The translations under genes and the position numbers were made by a program. From Clostridia bacterium (GTDB lineage Bacteria > Bacillota > Clostridia > Oscillospirales > CAG-272), in assembly GCA_017463865.1 (NCBI GenBank), contig JAFTOI010000003.1, positions 5,219-69,218 on the forward strand: a stretch of 64,000 nucleotides of DNA, written 5' to 3'. Shown here piece after piece: positions 48,319-57,216 of the stretch (positions within the stretch are counted from its first letter, which is position 1; each line of letters starts with the position of its first letter). The notes under the pieces are model-generated. The model saw only the letters and a list, made by a program, of their open reading frames with translations, was not told the DNA's origin and ran no database searches.

Positions 48319-49428
48319 TCAATACTGATAATTCGCATTCACCGACTTCAGCGAATACAGATCCGCCACCTCGTCGTACACGATGACATCCTCCATATAA
48401 GGCGCCATCGCGTCGGTGAAAGCCTGCACCGTCAGGTTGCTCTCGAAATCGGTGAAGAAGTCGGCATTGGCCTCCAGCGCGTAGCCGCCGTCCTCCAGCG
48501 GCAGGCGGCGGATGATGTGGTAGCCGAGGTCGCTCTCGACGCACTGCCATGTGTTCTCCTCCATCGCGAAGGTCGCGTCGATGACCTCGGTGACATAGCT
48601 CGAGGTGCGGGTGAAGTAGTAACCGTTCGGGTACTGCGTCGTCGCCGTATCCTCGGTGTAGGTCGGCAGCAGGGCGGCGAAATCCTCGCCGGCCGTCAGC
48701 TTGGCCACGACCTCGTCGGCCTTCTGCTTCTGCGCCGCCAGCTCCGCCTCAGTCAGCTCGACTGTGACTGGCTCGCCGTTCTCGTCGGTCACATACGCAC
48801 CGGTCTCGTCCATCTGGTACTTGGCGCCGGTGCTGATGAAAATATGTTCGATGCGGGCGTAGTTCTCGGTGTAGTACTGCTGCTTCTGCGCGTCGGTCAG
48901 CACGTTGGGGCCGCCGGCGGCGAACATGTAGTCCTGCAGCTGATTCACCTTTGCCTCGATGGTGTAGATCTCCTTGAGGATATCGTAGTTGACCGCGTAG
49001 TTGGCCAGCTCGGCGTTCAGTGCCGTCTTGCCGTCCATCGACGCTACCAGCTCGGCCATGTCGTCCTCAATCTGCTGCTTGGCGGCGGCAGACAGCTTCA
49101 GCCCGTACTGGTCATAGAGGTAGAGCGCCGCGACATAGGTGCGGGCGTTATCCTTGACGTAGTCGGTAAAGGTCTCGTTGAGGGTCTTGCCGTTCTCGCC
49201 GACAGCCAGATTCCACATTTCGTCGCTTTCCTGGTTGTTCATGTAGTAGTAGACGAAGAAGGCCTTGTAGCGTGCCAGCCAGAAGGCGTACATGTTAGCC
49301 GTGATGGACTGATTGCCCAGTTCCATGACGACTTCGCCCCGCGAGGAACAGCCGGCCATGCAGCCGAGACACAGGACAATGGCCAGCACCGCGCACAGCG
49401 CGCGGACGGCTCGGTTGAATCGTTTCAT
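48319..49428 (-). CDS. Lipoprotein with a parvulin-type PPIase domain (PrsA/SurA-like foldase)
   Basis: Trimmed to ATG 49428. Lipobox CMAGC. C-terminal ESDLGYHIIRRL parvulin-like motif. Confidence 0.6.
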   Translation of the reverse strand: MKRFNRAVRALCAVLAIVLCLGCMAGCSSRGEVVMELGNQSITANMYAFWLARYKAFFVYYYMNNQESDEMWNLAVGENGKTLNETFTDYVKDNARTYVAALYLYDQYGLKLSAAAKQQIEDDMAELVASMDGKTALNAELANYAVNYDILKEIYTIEAKVNQLQDYMFAAGGPNVLTDAQKQQYYTENYARIEHIFISTGAKYQMDETGAYVTDENGEPVTVELTEAELAAQKQKADEVVAKLTAGEDFAALLPTYTEDTATTQYPNGYYFTRTSSYVTEVIDATFAMEENTWQCVESDLGYHIIRRLPLEDGGYALEANADFFTDFESNLTVQAFTDAMAPYMEDVIVYDEVADLYSLKSVNANYQY

Positions 49429-49482
49429 AACAAACCTCATTTTTGTGTATTCGGCTGAAAAAAATCAACCGTGATCGACAAT

Positions 49483-49511
49483 ATTGTACCGCGTTTTGCG
49501 CGGGCTGTCAA
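49483..49511 (-). promoter_or_regulatory. Sigma-A promoter TTGACA-17-TACAAT
   Basis: Minus strand: -35 at 49506..49511, -10 at 49483..49488. Confidence 0.75.
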
Positions 49512-49541
49512 GCGGGTGGGGAGAGAATTCACAATTTGGTG

Positions 49542-50102
49542 TTATTTGAGCGTGATCGGAACGGTCAGCGAACAGAAGAACGGCTCGGTCAGGGCTTCAT
49601 CGAGGTAGAAGTGGATATTGACGGTAACGGTATAATTGCCTGGCTCGAGCCTGCTGCCCTGCTCGTTGAGGCGTTCGACAACGCTCTCACCCTGCCAGAT
49701 GTGGATGGTCTGGTCAGCCTTCGTCATACGGAGGGCAGTCGCGGTCGGCTGGGTGTGGGCGTCGTTTGGGGCGGTGTCGGATGACTCTTCGTCGACGAAG
49801 ACGGGGTAAAGATCAGGAATGCCGCCGATGGAGAAGGAATACCACGAGTCGCCCGTCATCCAAACGGTTTTGCCGAAGTCGTCTCCCGCGAGATTGAAGT
49901 AGAGCCTGATCTTGAGCGGATGGGCCGGGTTGACCTCGTCGAGGTCGTAAACGGTGTGCGTCGAAGTCAGGCGGACGCGGAAATCGCCCACGCGGGCCGA
50001 GGCAGTGATCTCGGCCGAGCCCTTTCCGCTCGAGCGCACGCACGACGCGAGCAGGAGCGGCAGAACGAGCAGCAGGCACAGGATGGAAATGCGTCGTTTC
50101 AC
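49542..50102 (-). CDS. Small lipoprotein, unknown function
   Basis: GTG start at 50102 (AAGGAGG 8 nt upstream). Lipobox LLLASC. Confidence 0.6.
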   Translation of the reverse strand: MKRRISILCLLLVLPLLLASCVRSSGKGSAEITASARVGDFRVRLTSTHTVYDLDEVNPAHPLKIRLYFNLAGDDFGKTVWMTGDSWYSFSIGGIPDLYPVFVDEESSDTAPNDAHTQPTATALRMTKADQTIHIWQGESVVERLNEQGSRLEPGNYTVTVNIHFYLDEALTEPFFCSLTVPITLK

Positions 50103-50134
50103 GGGGAGGCCTCCTTTGTGATATTGATATAAAT

Positions 50135-50163
50135 ATTGTAGCAAACCGACCGCACACTGTCAA
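50135..50163 (-). promoter_or_regulatory. Sigma-A promoter TTGACA-17-TGcTACAAT
   Basis: Minus strand: -35 at 50158..50163, -10 at 50135..50140, with TG extension. Confidence 0.75.
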
Positions 50164-50191
50164 TATCCGCACAAAAAAGTTTACATTATCG

Positions 50192-50220
50192 TTGACCCGG
50201 CGCGCCATTCGTGGTATAAT
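50192..50220 (+). promoter_or_regulatory. Sigma-A promoter TTGACC-17-TATAAT (ABC exporter operon)
   Basis: -35 at 50192..50197, -10 at 50215..50220. Confidence 0.8.
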
Positions 50221-50254
50221 ATGCAATTGAAACTATCACCGAACGGAGACTCAC

Positions 50255-51988
50255 ATGAAAACCATCCTAACCCACCTCCGCGCCTACCGCCGCGACTGCG
50301 TGCTGGCGCCGCTGTTCAAGATGCTCGAGGCCATCTTCGAGCTGTTCGTCCCGCTCGTCGTTGCGGCCATCATCGACCGCGGCATCGAGGGAGGCGACCG
50401 CACCGTTGTCTGGCAGATGGGCAGCATCCTCGTCGCGCTGGGGATCATCGGCCTGTGCTGCTCGGTCACCGCGCAGTATTTTGCCGCCCGCGCAGCCGTC
50501 GGCTCGGCCGCGTCGCTGCGCCGAGCCCTCTTCGCGCACATCCAGTCGCTTTCCTACACCGAGCTTGACCAGCTCGGCACCTCCACCCTCATCACCCGCA
50601 TGACGGCCGACGTCAATCAGGTGCAGTCGGGCGTCAACCTTGTCCTGCGCCTCTTCCTGCGCTCGCCCTTCATCGTCTTCGGCTCGATGATCATGGCCTT
50701 CACCATCGACGTGCCGGCGGCGCTGGTCTTCGTTGTCACCATTCCAGTGCTGTCGCTGGTTGTCTTCGGCATCATGTGCTGGAGCATCCCCCGCTTCAAG
50801 CAGGTGCAGGGTGCGCTCGACCGGGTGCTGGGCAGCACCCGCGAGAATCTCTCGGGTGCGCGTGTCATCCGCGCCTTCGGCCGCGAGGCGGCTGAGCGGG
50901 ACGAATTCGACGCCCGCAACAGCGCGCTGACCGCCCTTCAGCTGAAGGTCGGCCGCATGTCGGCGCTGATGAACCCGCTGACCTACGTCATCGTCAACCT
51001 GGCCGTCATCGCCCTGGTGCAGGTCGGCGCACTGCGCGTCGATGACGGCATCCTCACCCAGGGGCAGGTCGTGGCGCTCTATAACTACATGAGTCAGATC
51101 CTCGTCGAGCTCATCAAGCTGGCCAACCTCATCATCACCATCAACAAATCGCTTGCCTGCGCCGGGCGCATCACGTCGGTCTTCGGCGTCAAGTCGTCGA
51201 TGACCGTCTCCGCGTCGCCGCGTGCGAGCGGCGACCCCACCGCGCCCGCAGTCGAGTTTCGCGGCGTCAGCTTCGCCTACGCCGGCGCGGCCGAGCCGTC
51301 GCTGGAGCGGCTCAACCTCACCGTCCCGCGCGGGCAGACGATCGGCGTCATCGGCGGCACCGGCTCGGGCAAGACGACGCTGGTCAACCTCATTCCCCGC
51401 TTCTACGACGCGACCGACGGCGCCGTGCTGATCGACGGCGTCGACGTGCGCGACTACGCCCCCGACGCCCTGCGCCAGAAGATCGGCGTCGTGCCGCAAA
51501 AGGCCTCGCTCTTCGCCGGCACCATCCGCGACAACCTGCTCTGGGGTGCCCACGCGGGCGACCCGACCGACGATGCTGCCCTGTGGCAGGCCCTTGAGCT
51601 GGCGCAGGCAAAGGAGATCATCGAGCGCAAGGAGGGCGGCCTCGACGCCCGCGTCGAGCAGAACGGCCGTAACCTCTCGGGCGGTCAGCGCCAGCGCCTG
51701 ACCATCGCCCGCGCGCTGGTCGGCCGGCCGGAAATTCTCATCCTCGACGACAGCGCGTCTGCCCTCGACTACGCCACTGACGCAGCACTCCGGCAGTCGC
51801 TGCGCAGTCTGACCGACACCACCACCTTCATCGTCTCCCAGCGCGCCGCCTCCATCCGCCACGCCGACCAGATCGTCGTCCTCGACGACGGCGCGGTCGT
51901 CGGCATCGGCACGCATGATCAGCTGCTGGCCGAGTGCCCGGTCTATGCCGAAATCTACTACTCGCAGTTTGAGAAGGAGGAGAAGTAA
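50255..51988 (+). CDS. ABC exporter permease/ATPase, heterodimer subunit 1 (degenerate Walker B)
   Basis: Six TM helices plus NBD. Walker A GGTGSGKTT, signature LSGGQRQR, Walker B ILILDDS (Asp in place of the catalytic Glu). Confidence 0.9.
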   Translation: MKTILTHLRAYRRDCVLAPLFKMLEAIFELFVPLVVAAIIDRGIEGGDRTVVWQMGSILVALGIIGLCCSVTAQYFAARAAVGSAASLRRALFAHIQSLSYTELDQLGTSTLITRMTADVNQVQSGVNLVLRLFLRSPFIVFGSMIMAFTIDVPAALVFVVTIPVLSLVVFGIMCWSIPRFKQVQGALDRVLGSTRENLSGARVIRAFGREAAERDEFDARNSALTALQLKVGRMSALMNPLTYVIVNLAVIALVQVGALRVDDGILTQGQVVALYNYMSQILVELIKLANLIITINKSLACAGRITSVFGVKSSMTVSASPRASGDPTAPAVEFRGVSFAYAGAAEPSLERLNLTVPRGQTIGVIGGTGSGKTTLVNLIPRFYDATDGAVLIDGVDVRDYAPDALRQKIGVVPQKASLFAGTIRDNLLWGAHAGDPTDDAALWQALELAQAKEIIERKEGGLDARVEQNGRNLSGGQRQRLTIARALVGRPEILILDDSASALDYATDAALRQSLRSLTDTTTFIVSQRAASIRHADQIVVLDDGAVVGIGTHDQLLAECPVYAEIYYSQFEKEEK

Positions 51989-51989
51989 C

Positions 51990-53726
51990 ATGAAGAAAAC
52001 CTCCACCCTCCGCACCGTCCTGCGCCGACTCCGCCCCTATCGCGGGCGCATCGCGCTCACCCTCATCTTCGCCATGGCGCAGGTCGCGGCGACCCTCTAC
52101 GTTCCCATCCTCGTCGGCCGCGCCATCGACTGCATCATTGCCCCCGGTCAGGTCGACTTTGCCGCCATCGCCGCACTGCTCGTCACCATCGCCGTCGTCA
52201 CCGGCATCGGCGCGCTGGCCCAGTGGCTGATGAACCTCACCAACAACGCCATCACCTACGGCATGGTGCAGGACATGCGCCGCGACGCCTTCCGCAAGAT
52301 CCAGATCCTGCCCCTCTCTTACCTCGACCGGCACCCGGTCGGGGAGATCGTCAGCCGCGTCGTGGCTGACGTCGATCAGTTCGCCGACGGCCTGCTGATG
52401 GGCTTCACTCAGCTCTTCACCGGCGTTGTGACCATTGTCGGCACCATCGGCTTCATGCTCTCGATCCACCTCGGCATCACCCTGATTGTGGTGCTCATCA
52501 CCCCCCTCTCGCTCTTCGTCGCCGCCTTCATCGCCAAGCGGACGCACACCTTCTTCCGTGCCCAATCGGAAGCGCGCGGCGAGCAGACGGGGCTGATCGA
52601 CGAGATGATCGGCGGCCAGAAGGTCGTCCAGGCCTTCGGCATGGAGGCGCGCGTCCTCGACCGCTTCGACGCCATCAATGAAAAGCTGCGCGCCGCCAGC
52701 CTCAAGGCCATCTTCTTCTCGTCGCTGACCAACCCCTGCACCCGCTTCGTCAACTCGATGGTCTACGCCGCCGTCGGCGTCGTCGGCGCCTTCGTCGCCA
52801 TCGCCGGCGGCCTGAGCGTCGGCGGCCTGTCAACCTTCCTCAGCTACGCCAACCAGTACACCAAGCCCTTCAACGAAATTTCCGGCGTCATCACCGAGCT
52901 GCAGAACGCCCTCACCTGCGCCGCCCGCGTCTTCGAGCTGATCGACGAGACTCCGCAGATCCCCGACGCCGACGACGCCGTCGTCCTCGCCGAGCCGGCA
53001 GGCGCGGTCGAGATGCAGGACGTCGCGTTCAGCTATTCCCCCGACCGCCCGTTGATCGAAGGGCTGAGCCTCACCGTCAAGCCCGGACAGCGCGTCGCCA
53101 TCGTCGGCCCCACCGGCTGCGGCAAAACAACGCTGATCAACCTGCTCATGCGCTTCTACGACGTGAACAGCGGCGCGATCACCGTCGACGGCCACGATAT
53201 CCGCACCGTCACCCGCCATTCCCTGCGCCAGAGCTACGGCATGGTGCTGCAGGAGACCTGGCTCAAAGCCGGCACCATCCGCGACAACATCACCATGGGC
53301 CGCCCCGACGCCACCGACGAGGAGGTTATCGCCGCCGCGAAAGCCGCCCACGCCCATAGCTTCATCAAGCGCCTGCCCGACGGCTACAATACCGTCATCG
53401 GCGAAGACGGCGGCGCCCTCTCGCAGGGCCAGAAGCAGCTGCTCTGCATCACCCGCGTCATGCTCTGCCTGCCCCCCATGCTCATCCTCGACGAAGCCAC
53501 CTCCTCCATCGACACCCGCACCGAGCACAAAATCCAAGCCGCCTTCGCCACCCTCACCGCCGGCCACACCTCCTTCATCGTCGCCCACCGCCTCTCCACC
53601 ATCCGCGAAGCCGACATCATCCTCGTCATGAAAGACGGCCACATCATCGAGCAAGGCAATCACGAAAGCCTCCTCGCCAGAAAAGGCTTCTATTATACGC
53701 TCTACCGCAGTCAATTCGCCCAATAA
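51990..53726 (+). CDS. ABC exporter permease/ATPase, heterodimer subunit 2 (degenerate signature)
   Basis: ORF trimmed to ATG 51990 (1 nt after the upstream stop). Walker A GPTGCGKTT, signature LSQGQKQ (degenerate), Walker B LILDEAT. Confidence 0.9.
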   Translation: MKKTSTLRTVLRRLRPYRGRIALTLIFAMAQVAATLYVPILVGRAIDCIIAPGQVDFAAIAALLVTIAVVTGIGALAQWLMNLTNNAITYGMVQDMRRDAFRKIQILPLSYLDRHPVGEIVSRVVADVDQFADGLLMGFTQLFTGVVTIVGTIGFMLSIHLGITLIVVLITPLSLFVAAFIAKRTHTFFRAQSEARGEQTGLIDEMIGGQKVVQAFGMEARVLDRFDAINEKLRAASLKAIFFSSLTNPCTRFVNSMVYAAVGVVGAFVAIAGGLSVGGLSTFLSYANQYTKPFNEISGVITELQNALTCAARVFELIDETPQIPDADDAVVLAEPAGAVEMQDVAFSYSPDRPLIEGLSLTVKPGQRVAIVGPTGCGKTTLINLLMRFYDVNSGAITVDGHDIRTVTRHSLRQSYGMVLQETWLKAGTIRDNITMGRPDATDEEVIAAAKAAHAHSFIKRLPDGYNTVIGEDGGALSQGQKQLLCITRVMLCLPPMLILDEATSSIDTRTEHKIQAAFATLTAGHTSFIVAHRLSTIREADIILVMKDGHIIEQGNHESLLARKGFYYTLYRSQFAQ

Positions 53727-53740
53727 ATCCTCCACGATCA

Positions 53741-53846
53741 GCCAAGAATGAGCCAAGGATGTGGGGTGGGTGAATTTCCGCCCCCACGGGGCGGAAAGAG
53801 GGAGGGGCGAAAACTTCGGCGTCTGAGATGGTTTCGCCCCTCCCTC
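53741..53846 (-). repeat. Dispersed two-hairpin repeat, copy B (inverted relative to copy A)
   Basis: Hairpins at 53775..53797 (TTTCCGCCCC-CAC-GGGGCGGAAA) and 53798..53846 (GAGGGAGGGGCGA-23 nt-TCGCCCCTCCCTC). The loop matches copy A at 22 of 23 nt. Confidence 0.85.
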
Positions 53847-53876
53847 CCCACCGAACGATTTCCGCAATCTTCACCC

Positions 53877-53905
53877 TTGACATCCCCCGAAAAAAATAGT
53901 ATAAT
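53877..53905 (+). promoter_or_regulatory. Perfect consensus sigma-A promoter TTGACA-17-TATAAT (rnpB)
   Basis: -35 at 53877..53882, -10 at 53900..53905. TSS predicted near 53912. Confidence 0.85.
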
Positions 53906-53911
53906 ATACCC

Positions 53912-54277
53912 GGTACTCCGCTGAACGATCGCGTGGCGTCAGGCCGAAAGGTATCGCCATGAGGAAAGTCCGGGCTTCACAGGGCAGGATAGCTGATAAC
54001 GTCAGCCGAAGGCGACTTCAGGGAAAGTGCAACAGAAATAGACCGCCGCCATCTGGCGGCAAGGATGGAAAGGCGAGGTAAGAGCTCACCGGCACGACAG
54101 GCGACTGTGTGCAAATGTAAACCCTATCCGAAGCAACACCGCAGTCGGAGGCTTGCCCGGCATATCTCCGCAGGTGGCATGCGGCGACCGAAAGGGACCC
54201 GCGGAGCGGTATGGCGACATACCGCACAGATAGATGATCGTTCACGACAGAACCCGGCTTACAGGCGAAGTACCACC
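53912..54277 (+). ncRNA. rnpB: RNase P RNA (bacterial, type-A-like)
   Basis: Universal GAGGAAAGTCCGGGC near the 5' end, GGGAAAGTGCAACAGAAA, and ACAGAACCCGGCTTAC near the 3' end. P1 pairing GGTACTCCGC / GCGAAGTACC. Ends are approximate (+/-5 nt). Confidence 0.92.
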
Positions 54278-54280
54278 AAA

Positions 54281-54310
54281 AGGGCGGCAAGGATCTCCTT
54301 GCCGCCCTTT
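54281..54310. terminator. Bidirectional rho-independent terminator
   Basis: AGGGCGGCAAGGA-TC-TCCTTGCCGCCCT, flanked by AAA and TTT, between rnpB and the convergent AraC gene. Confidence 0.85.
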
Positions 54311-54321
54311 CTCACATTTTC

Positions 54322-55044
54322 TCACATCTGCGCGCGAAACGCCTTCCAGAAGCCGCTGTAGGACTGATATCCCACCTCAAGTGCGATCTCGGACAGCGAC
54401 AGTTGCCCCTCCGCCATCAGCTGACGCGCCGCCTCAAGCCGACTGCGGGTCAGCATTTCGCGAAAGCCGCAGCCGGTGTGCCGACGCACCAGCCGCGCTG
54501 TCTGCTTCTCGGACAGCCCCAGACGGCCGGCCAGTTCCCCAAGCGTCGCTTCGCGGGCATAGTTTTTGGCAAAAAATTCGGCGATCAGAAAGCCGCGGTC
54601 GCGGATCGGCTCGGTCGGATCTGCCTGCGCGGCAACGATCTCGGCACAGATCACAGCCAGCACCGGGGCCAGCCGATGACTGCTCCCGACCGCAAGATAG
54701 CGCTCAATCGCGGCGCAAAGCTGATCGGCGATCCCGTCCGGCAGCGCGATACAGCGCACCGTCTCGACTGGATACAGCATCTGAAACGCAATGTGGCGCG
54801 TTCCCGGTGCATACACCCGGCTGGCGTGAAAAAGGCCGGGCGGCACGACCAGCATCTCGCCCGCCCCAACCGTCAGCCGCCGCCCCTCGGCGGTATACTC
54901 CCCCCGCCCCGACGCGATGATCTGCACCTCGGTGCAGTGGTGCCGGTGGAGCGCATTGGACTGTGCGCGAAAGGAGAAAAAGCCCTCCTGCATAAAAATG
55001 CGGACAGCCTGGTCAGCGACAGTAACGGTCATCTCTCGATCCAT
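54322..55044 (-). CDS. AraC-family transcriptional regulator (cupin sensor + HTH)
   Basis: Trimmed to ATG 55044 (GAGG RBS). C-terminal AraC HTH (LSLSEIALEVGYQSYSGFWKAFR). Confidence 0.85.
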   Translation of the reverse strand: MDREMTVTVADQAVRIFMQEGFFSFRAQSNALHRHHCTEVQIIASGRGEYTAEGRRLTVGAGEMLVVPPGLFHASRVYAPGTRHIAFQMLYPVETVRCIALPDGIADQLCAAIERYLAVGSSHRLAPVLAVICAEIVAAQADPTEPIRDRGFLIAEFFAKNYAREATLGELAGRLGLSEKQTARLVRRHTGCGFREMLTRSRLEAARQLMAEGQLSLSEIALEVGYQSYSGFWKAFRAQM

Positions 55045-55185
55045 ACATTTCCTCAACAGACATCACACGCGCGTGATGTCCCTTTTCAATATTGCAATCC
55101 CCCTCGCTTTGTGGTAGGATAATACCAAAGGGGGGGTCCTCTTTATTATACCAGCAAATCTGCAGAAAGTCAAAGGAATTTCACA

Positions 55186-56283
55186 ATGAAAATCGAACTT
55201 CTCGGCGCGCCGCGCGTCATCATGCAGAACCCCGGCAGCCTTCATAATTACTTCGCCTGGCCCTCGGTGACCCGCCTGCCCGACGGCCGCATTGCCGCAG
55301 CCGCCTCGGGATACCGCCTCGCCCACATCTGTCCATTTGGGAAAGCCGTCATGGCCGTCTCGGCCGACGAGGGCGAGACCTACGCCCCGCCCATGCCGGT
55401 CATCGACACCGTCCTCGACGACCGCGATGCCGGCCTCTGCCCCTTCGGCGAGTCGGGGCTGATCCTGACCTCCTTCAACAACACGACTGCCTTCCAGCGC
55501 AAATCCGGCCAGGGCGGCGCTTACCGCGACGCCTACCTCGACCGCGTCACGCCCGAGGCTGAGCAGGCAGCCCTCGGCGCGACCTTCCGCATCAGCCCCG
55601 ACTGCGGCATCACCTGGGGCCCGCTCCATCACTCGCCCATCACATCCCCCCACGGCCCGACCGTTCTCGCTGACGGCACTATACTCTGGGTCGGCCGCAC
55701 CTTCAGCCAGAACAACGCCTTCCGCATCGACGTCGACTGCGTCATGGCCTACACCCTCGATCCCACCACCGGTGAGATGACCTATCGCGGCCGCATCGAC
55801 GACATCTTCGACGGCGACACCAAGCTCCTCTCCTGCGAGCCGCACGCCCTCCAAATGCCCGACGGACGCATTATCTGCCACATCCGCGTCCAGGGATACG
55901 GCACCACGAATGATCGCTGGTTCTTCACCACGTATCAGAGCGAATCGGCCGACGGCGGCTATACCTGGTCGACACCAATCCCCCTGCTGCCCCGGGACGA
56001 TGGCGCACCGCCCCACCTGCTTCGCCTGACGAACGGCATTACCGTCTCATCCTATGCGATTCGCCGCAAGGATGCGTACAGTATTCGCGTGATGCTCAGC
56101 CGTGACGACTGCCGCAGCTGGGAGACTGATTTTGTTCTGGCCTGCCATGATGTGACCCCCGATCTGGGCTATCCCGCTACCGTTGAACTAAATGACGGCA
56201 GCCTGCTGACCGTCTATTATGCACACCCCGCCAAGGGAGAACCGGCTGTGATTATGCAGCAGAAATGGAGGATTGTCGAATGA
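55186..56283 (+). CDS. Cytoplasmic BNR/Asp-box beta-propeller protein (sialidase-like)
   Basis: Four Asp-box motifs (SADEGETYA, SPDCGITWG, SADGGYTWS, SRDDCRSWE). Possible RIP-type motif TRLPDG. No signal peptide. Confidence 0.7.
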   Translation: MKIELLGAPRVIMQNPGSLHNYFAWPSVTRLPDGRIAAAASGYRLAHICPFGKAVMAVSADEGETYAPPMPVIDTVLDDRDAGLCPFGESGLILTSFNNTTAFQRKSGQGGAYRDAYLDRVTPEAEQAALGATFRISPDCGITWGPLHHSPITSPHGPTVLADGTILWVGRTFSQNNAFRIDVDCVMAYTLDPTTGEMTYRGRIDDIFDGDTKLLSCEPHALQMPDGRIICHIRVQGYGTTNDRWFFTTYQSESADGGYTWSTPIPLLPRDDGAPPHLLRLTNGITVSSYAIRRKDAYSIRVMLSRDDCRSWETDFVLACHDVTPDLGYPATVELNDGSLLTVYYAHPAKGEPAVIMQQKWRIVE

Positions 56284-57173
56284 ATCCCAACAACATCAAA
56301 TTCACCGGCGTCATGCCCGCCCTCATCACCCCGCTGACCGCTGACGAGCAGGTCAACGTCCCTGTCCTGCATCAGCTGATCGACACCCTGCTCGCACAGG
56401 GGGCCGACGGCTTCTACATCGGCGGCGCCACCGGTGAGGGCATCGCCCTGCGGCAGGATGTCCGCGAGGTGCTTGCCGCCGAGTCGATCAAGGCCATCGC
56501 CGGCCGCAAGCCGGCCATCATTCACATCGCCTCGGCCGATTTCGGCGAAGCAGTTACCCTGGCCAAGCAAGCCGAAGCGGTGGGCGCTGACTGCATCTCG
56601 GCCATCCCGCCGATGTTCTACAGCTACGACGAAGACGAGGTCTACAACTACTACAAAGCCCTCGCCGACGCCGTGTCGATCCCGCTGCTGGTCTACTACA
56701 ACCCCGCCGCTGGCTTCAACATGCGCGCCGACTTCGCCGCCCGCCTCTTCACCATCGACAACGTGACGGCCATCAAGTGGACCAGCTCCGACTATTACGG
56801 CATGCTGCGGCTGAAGGATCTCACCCACGGCGAGATGAACATCATCAACGGCCCCGACGAGATGCTGCTGATGGGCCTCGGCGCCGGCGCCGACGGCGGC
56901 ATCGGCTCGACCTACAACGTCATCCTGCCGCTCATCAAGGGCGTCTACGAAAGCTTCCGCTCCGGCAATATCGCCCAGGCACAGCTGTGCCAGACCAAGG
57001 CCGACCGCATCATCGCGGTGCTGATCAAGTACAAGGTCATCCCCAGCATCAAGGCTGTGCTGGAGGGACAGGGCATCCCTGTCGGCAATGCGGTGTTCCC
57101 GATGAAGCGGTACAGCGCGGAGGAGAAGGCGCAGCTCTACGCCGACCTGCGCACGGCCGGAATGGAGATCTGA
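56280..57173 (+). CDS. nanA: N-acetylneuraminate lyase-like enzyme (DapA/NanA family)
   Basis: ATGA overlap with the upstream stop. GVMPALITPL...GGATGEG. Schiff-base lysine context AIKWTSSDYYGMLRL resembles E. coli NanA ALKQTSGDLYQMEQI (from memory). Confidence 0.7.
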   Translation: MNPNNIKFTGVMPALITPLTADEQVNVPVLHQLIDTLLAQGADGFYIGGATGEGIALRQDVREVLAAESIKAIAGRKPAIIHIASADFGEAVTLAKQAEAVGADCISAIPPMFYSYDEDEVYNYYKALADAVSIPLLVYYNPAAGFNMRADFAARLFTIDNVTAIKWTSSDYYGMLRLKDLTHGEMNIINGPDEMLLMGLGAGADGGIGSTYNVILPLIKGVYESFRSGNIAQAQLCQTKADRIIAVLIKYKVIPSIKAVLEGQGIPVGNAVFPMKRYSAEEKAQLYADLRTAGMEI

Positions 57174-57178
57174 CAGTG

Positions 57179-57212
57179 AAAAAGGCTTTCCCGCACGGGA
57201 AAGCCTTTTTTT
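57179..57212. terminator. Bidirectional rho-independent terminator
   Basis: AAAAAGGCTTTCCC-GCAC-GGGAAAGCCTTTTTTT between convergent genes. Confidence 0.85.
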
Positions 57213-57216
57213 ATGC

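Noticed and set aside
55061-55078. Near-palindrome CATCACACGCGCGTGATG beside the AraC gene start.
   Set aside because: The arms are imperfect, with one unpaired position. AraC-family sites are usually direct repeats. Possible but unsupported.
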